This document shows positions 60,108-64,000 of a DNA stretch of 64,000 bases, one piece after another. Under the pieces are notes generated by a model. The model was not told where the DNA came from. It ran no database searches and saw nothing but the letters and a program-made list of their open reading frames with translations. The stretch is taken from the NCBI GenBank assembly GCA_963762145.1, contig CAVXJS010000019.1, forward strand, positions 128,001 to 192,000, read 5' to 3'. Every line of letters begins with the position of its first letter. Position 1 is the stretch's first letter. Source of the stretch: an uncultured Candidatus Rokubacteria bacterium. Lineage in GTDB: Bacteria > Methylomirabilota > Methylomirabilia > Rokubacteriales > CSP1-6. Position numbers and translations under genes: made by a program.

Positions 60108-61104
60108 GCGCGACCTGGTCGAGGGTGCACTGGCGCGGCGCCTTGTCGGGCCGCCAGCGCAGGAAGCGGGTGGCGTGACGGAAGCGATCTCCCGTGAAGT
60201 GGTCGTAGCTCACCTCGACGACCAGCTTGGGCTCGAGCGGCTCCCATTCCGCCGAGCGCTCGGTACTCCATCGGCTGGGCCCGCCCGGCGCGCGGCCCGT
60301 GAATCCGGGCGGCTTGATCAGGGGCTCGAGCTTGGCCAGGAGCGTCGTGCGGGCGGCGGCCGGGAAGCCGGACGTGAAGCCGACGTGATGGAGCAGCCCG
60401 TCCGCGTCGTAGAGGCCGAGGAGGAGCGAGCCCACCACCCGCGAGCCCGATGCGAGACGGAAGCCGCCCACCACGCAATCGACCGTGCGGCGGCGCTTCA
60501 CCTTCTGCATGCCGGTCCGCTCGCCGCTCTGGTAGGGCAGGTCGAGCCGCTTGGCCACGATGCCGTCGAGCGTACCGCCCGCCATGTCGAGCCAGGCGCG
60601 CGCCTGGGCCGCGTCCTCCGTGGCGGGGGAGAGCCGGACGTCGTCGCGACCGGCGAGCGCCTTGGCCGCGAAGGCTTCCAGGCGCCGCCGGCGCTCCAGG
60701 AGCGGGCGATCGACGAGCGCCTGGCCCGACGCGTCCACCAGCAGGTCGAAGACGATGAGCACCGCGGGGCGCTCCCGCGAGAGCCGCTCGATCCGGCTCG
60801 CGGCCGGGTGGATGCGCTGGAGGAGATCGTCGAAGGACAGGCGGCCGTCCAGCGGGATGACGATCTCCCCGTCGAGGACGAAGGAGCGGGCGGGCAGCGC
60901 GCGCAGGTGCGCGACCACCTCCGGGAAGTAGCGAGCCAGCGGCTGGCCGTTCTTCGACTGGAGCTCGATCCGGTCGCCGTCGCGGAAGGCGAGGCAGCGG
61001 AAGCCGTCCCACTTGGGCTCGTACTGCCAGCCGGGACCGTCCGGGATCTCGTCCACGAGCCGCGCCTCCATCGGCGCGTAGGGCGGCGCGAGCGGCAGGC
61101 TCAC
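59971..61104 (-). CDS. ATP-dependent DNA ligase (LigC-like)
   Basis: YEPKWDGFR adenylation motif, LDGEIV, DGIVAK, SLLLGLY, RFRH..RFLRWRPDK; the 3' end overlaps the convergent gene. Confidence 0.9.
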   Translation of the reverse strand: MSLPLAPPYAPMEARLVDEIPDGPGWQYEPKWDGFRCLAFRDGDRIELQSKNGQPLARYFPEVVAHLRALPARSFVLDGEIVIPLDGRLSFDDLLQRIHPAASRIERLSRERPAVLIVFDLLVDASGQALVDRPLLERRRRLEAFAAKALAGRDDVRLSPATEDAAQARAWLDMAGGTLDGIVAKRLDLPYQSGERTGMQKVKRRRTVDCVVGGFRLASGSRVVGSLLLGLYDADGLLHHVGFTSGFPAAARTTLLAKLEPLIKPPGFTGRAPGGPSRWSTERSAEWEPLEPKLVVEVSYDHFTGDRFRHATRFLRWRPDKAPRQCTLDQVALSSREPGLPGSAAARQPGSAAGSPRRAPSTSRRSSAGSRRRGGRR

Positions 61105-62078
61105 AGCAGGCGCTCGAGGCGGAAGCGGCCGGTCCGCGCCAGCAGGGGCTTGAACAGATCGCCGTGGCGGGCGATGCGGGCGGCCATGTTGTCCATTCGG
61201 AAGTCCTCGATCCGGAAGCCGTGCTCCACCTCCCGCCACGTGACCGGCGCCGCGACGGGCGCGCGCGGCCGCGGCCGCACCGAGTAGACCGAGGCGAGGG
61301 TGCGCCCCCAGGCGTTCTGGTTGTAGTCCACCAGCACCCGGCCCACCGGCCGCTTCGCGATGCGGTACTCGGCGGTGATCAGGCCCGGACGCGCGGTGGC
61401 GAGCGCCTGGGCGAGGGCCTTGGCCACGCCCCACACCTGCTTCTGGGTCGGTCCCCGGACGATCGGCACGTAGACGTGGATCCCGCGCGAGCCGGTGGAC
61501 TTCGGGTAGCTCGGCATCTTGAGCCCGTCGAGGGCCTCCCGCAGGACCAGTGCGGTCTGCTGCACCTGCTCGAAGTCGGCGCCCTTGACCGGGTCGAGAT
61601 CGAAGTGCAGGTAGTCGGGGCGGTCGGTGTCGTCGCAGCGCGCGTACCAGGGATTCAGGTCGATGCAGCCCAGGTTCACCACCCAGAGGAGCGAGGCCAC
61701 GTCCTGGACCATCGGGAAATCGATCACGCTGCCGGAGCCGTGCTCGATGGCGCAGGTCTCGATCCAGGGAGGCCGCGGCGAGGGCGCGCGCTTCATGAAG
61801 AAGAACGGGGCGCCCGCACCGCCCGGGTATCGCTTCATCACCATCGCGCGGTCCTTCAGGTGGGGCAGCAGCGCCGGAGCCACGTCGAAGTAGTACTGGA
61901 GCAGGTCGCGCTTGACGATGCCCTCGTCCGCCCAGAAGGGCTTGCGCAGGTTGGTCAGCGTGACCGAGCGGCCGCCGATGCGCGCCTCCACCGTGTCGGT
62001 GTCGCGCGGGAGCAGCCGCACGGGAGCGCCCGCCGCCGGCCGCGTGGCGCGCCGCTTCGCCAGGGGACGCGGGCTCAT
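61101..62078 (-). CDS. Stand-alone LigD-type primase-polymerase domain (Prim-PolC-like)
   Basis: LTNLRKPFW, KRYPGG...FFMKRAP, FDLDP, KSTGSRGIH, VLVDYNQN...SVYSVR. Confidence 0.9.
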   Translation of the reverse strand: MSPRPLAKRRATRPAAGAPVRLLPRDTDTVEARIGGRSVTLTNLRKPFWADEGIVKRDLLQYYFDVAPALLPHLKDRAMVMKRYPGGAGAPFFFMKRAPSPRPPWIETCAIEHGSGSVIDFPMVQDVASLLWVVNLGCIDLNPWYARCDDTDRPDYLHFDLDPVKGADFEQVQQTALVLREALDGLKMPSYPKSTGSRGIHVYVPIVRGPTQKQVWGVAKALAQALATARPGLITAEYRIAKRPVGRVLVDYNQNAWGRTLASVYSVRPRPRAPVAAPVTWREVEHGFRIEDFRMDNMAARIARHGDLFKPLLARTGRFRLERLL

Positions 62079-62695
62079 CGCAGGCGCTCGAGCCGGGCCG
62101 GCCGGCTGCCGCGTCGCTCCGCCCCCGTCACCGACACGTAGGCCAGCTCTCGCCCGGCCCGCACGCAGCGCAGGAGCAGGCCGCCCCGGCTCATGTCGCC
62201 CCGGCCGACGAAGTCGGACGGGAAGCGCAGCCGGTCACCGAGAGCCTCGGTGAGCGGATCGACGTACTTGCCGGTGGCCACGCTGCCGAGCAGGACGGCC
62301 TCGGCCGAGGGCGCGAGCGCCGCGGCGAGGCGTCGGGCGTCGCGCCGCAGCGGGCGGTGGTAGCGGACGTCGTCGGCGTCGATGTCCACCTGCGCGAAGG
62401 CGCGGAGGCGTGCCAGGTCCACCGGCTCGTCGGCCCGACGGAGGCCCTCGTTCGGCGTGATCACGTACACGCCGGCCAGTCCGGCGGGCGGCCGGGCGAA
62501 CGTCTGTGCGTAGGCGAGCTTGCCGCGGAAGTAGAGGCCGCTCAGGAACGAGAAGACCTCTCCCAGCGGCACCCCGGGCGGGCGACGGACGCGACGGGCC
62601 AGATCGAAGTCCGCGCCCTCCCGGAAGAGCAGGCCGGCCCGCTCGCCGCCGCAGTGGGCCGGGGAGAGGAGGAAGACGCGCTCGGGCACACTCAT
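62075..62695 (-). CDS. Hypothetical protein translationally coupled within the DNA-repair operon
   Basis: 206-aa ORF with 4-bp overlaps on both sides; FLLSPA, SGLYFRGK, LLGSVATGKY, FVGRGDMSRGGLLLR. Confidence 0.75.
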   Translation of the reverse strand: MSVPERVFLLSPAHCGGERAGLLFREGADFDLARRVRRPPGVPLGEVFSFLSGLYFRGKLAYAQTFARPPAGLAGVYVITPNEGLRRADEPVDLARLRAFAQVDIDADDVRYHRPLRRDARRLAAALAPSAEAVLLGSVATGKYVDPLTEALGDRLRFPSDFVGRGDMSRGGLLLRCVRAGRELAYVSVTGAERRGSRPARLERLR

Positions 62696-64000
62696 CGGCC
62701 CGCGGCCTGGGGCCGACGGGGGCGCGTCCGCCGGGCGCCCGTCGGAGCCACCGCGCGGACGAAGGCGTCGGCGTCGAGGGTATTGAGCACCTCGCCCCGG
62801 CGGACCCAGCCGCGGCGGGCCATGGCCACGCCGTAGCGGAGGTTACGGAGCTCGCCGGTGGCGTGCGCGTCGGTGGAGATGACGAAGCGGATGCCGCGCT
62901 CCCGGGCGGCGCGGACCCACCGCGGCTCGAGATCGAGCCGGTGGGGGTCCCCGTTGATCTCGATCGCCGCGCGTGAGTCCGCGATCACGTCGAGGATCTC
63001 CTCGACGCGGGCCGGGACCGGCGGGCGCGACAGGATCAGACGGCCGAGGGCGTGCCCCCAGATCTTGAAGCACGGGTGCTTCATCGCTCGAATGATCCGC
63101 TCGGTCATGCGATCGGCATCCATGCGGTGCCGCGCGTGGATGCTCGCGATGATCACGTCGAGCCGCTCGAGGATGGCGTCGGGGTAGTCGAGCGCGCCGT
63201 CGGCCAGGATGTCGGACTCGGTGCCCCGGAGCAGACGGACCGACACCCGCTCCTGCACGCGCGCGATCTCGTCCCACTGGGTGCGGAGCCGGTCCGCGTC
63301 GAGGCCGTTGGCGTAGAACGCGGTCGGGGAGTGGTCGGTGATCGTCAAGTAGCTCATGCCGAGCCGGTCGGCGGCGCGCGCCATCTCCTCGATGGTGTGG
63401 CGGCCGTCGGAGTAGTCGGTGTGGCAGTGGACGAGGCCGTGCACGTCGTCGAGCGCGACGAGGTCCTGCGGCAGGGTGCCCGCGCGCGCGGCCTCCACCT
63501 CGCCCGCGCCCTCGCGCAGCTCCGGCGGAATGTACGGCAGGCCCAGACGTCGGTACAGCTGCGCCTCGTCCTGGCCGGCCGCGCGCTCGAGGTCCACGGC
63601 TCGCTCCCGGGCGAGGGGCTCGAGGGCGCGGAGGTGCGCGTCGGAGCCGGTGGCGGACAGGAGGGCCGCGGCCCAACGATCGGGCGTGGTCACGCGCAGC
63701 TCGATCGGGAGACCGGCCACGAGCGTGGCGCGCGCGGTCAGCCCGTCGCGCGTGCCGCGAGAGACCAGCAGTGGAGAGGAGAGCGCGCCATCGAGGGCCG
63801 CGTCGGGCTTGCGCGAGGCGAGCACGACGACGAGGCGATCCACCGTCTCCGTCCACCGGCGCAGGTCGCCGGCCACCTCCGCCGCGGTCACGCCGGGGAT
63901 CGCGCGCAGGTGGGCGAGCACCCGCTCGGCCACGTCGAGGGCGTGGGGCAGCAGCACGCGACTGGGCGCCTTCGTCTCCGTCGCGCTGGTATCGAGGGCC
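62692..64000 (-). CDS. polX: PolX-PHP family DNA polymerase/3'-5' exonuclease, 5'-partial, with degenerate polymerase site
   Basis: ATGS..H, YIPPELRE, PHP motifs HCHTDYSDG, TDHS, STDAH. Confidence 0.9.
   Translation of the reverse strand, partial: ALDTSATETKAPSRVLLPHALDVAERVLAHLRAIPGVTAAEVAGDLRRWTETVDRLVVVLASRKPDAALDGALSSPLLVSRGTRDGLTARATLVAGLPIELRVTTPDRWAAALLSATGSDAHLRALEPLARERAVDLERAAGQDEAQLYRRLGLPYIPPELREGAGEVEAARAGTLPQDLVALDDVHGLVHCHTDYSDGRHTIEEMARAADRLGMSYLTITDHSPTAFYANGLDADRLRTQWDEIARVQERVSVRLLRGTESDILADGALDYPDAILERLDVIIASIHARHRMDADRMTERIIRAMKHPCFKIWGHALGRLILSRPPVPARVEEILDVIADSRAAIEINGDPHRLDLEPRWVRAARERGIRFVISTDAHATGELRNLRYGVAMARRGWVRRGEVLNTLDADAFVRAVAPTGARRTRPRRPQAAGR

Overview
A very GC-rich (roughly 70%) bacterial chromosomal segment. 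The gene content (many Liv-type and NMT1 binding proteins, LLM, TauD, amidohydrolase and acyl-CoA dehydrogenase genes) suggests Candidatus Rokubacteria/Methylomirabilota, but this is inference only. I count about 55 CDS and see no rRNA, tRNA, CRISPR array or transposase. Several genes carry single-base frameshifts in patches, more likely long-read consensus errors than real pseudogenes. Highlights: (1) a hidden selenoprotein at 12881-13982, a TlpA/ResA-like redoxin with an in-frame TGA in WASW-U-GC followed directly by a SECIS-like hairpin, next to LLM/AhpD/CMD redox genes; (2) an envelope-protein island at 835-8338 (glycine zipper, two OmpA proteins, one collagen-tethered, dual BON, an unannotated 24-aa membrane peptide, HpnN/HpnM-like MMPL and MlaC, PilZ) whose intergenic regions share a DosR-box-like palindrome; (3) a close HpnP (hopanoid C-2 methylase) homologue; (4) a Bpa/PafE proteasome activator ending in GQYL, convergent with an unannotated sigma54-driven CxxC/His micro-protein; (5) an operon of a catalytically degenerate PolX-PHP, an unknown protein, Prim-PolC and LigC; (6) four sigma54 promoters and many apparently leaderless genes.
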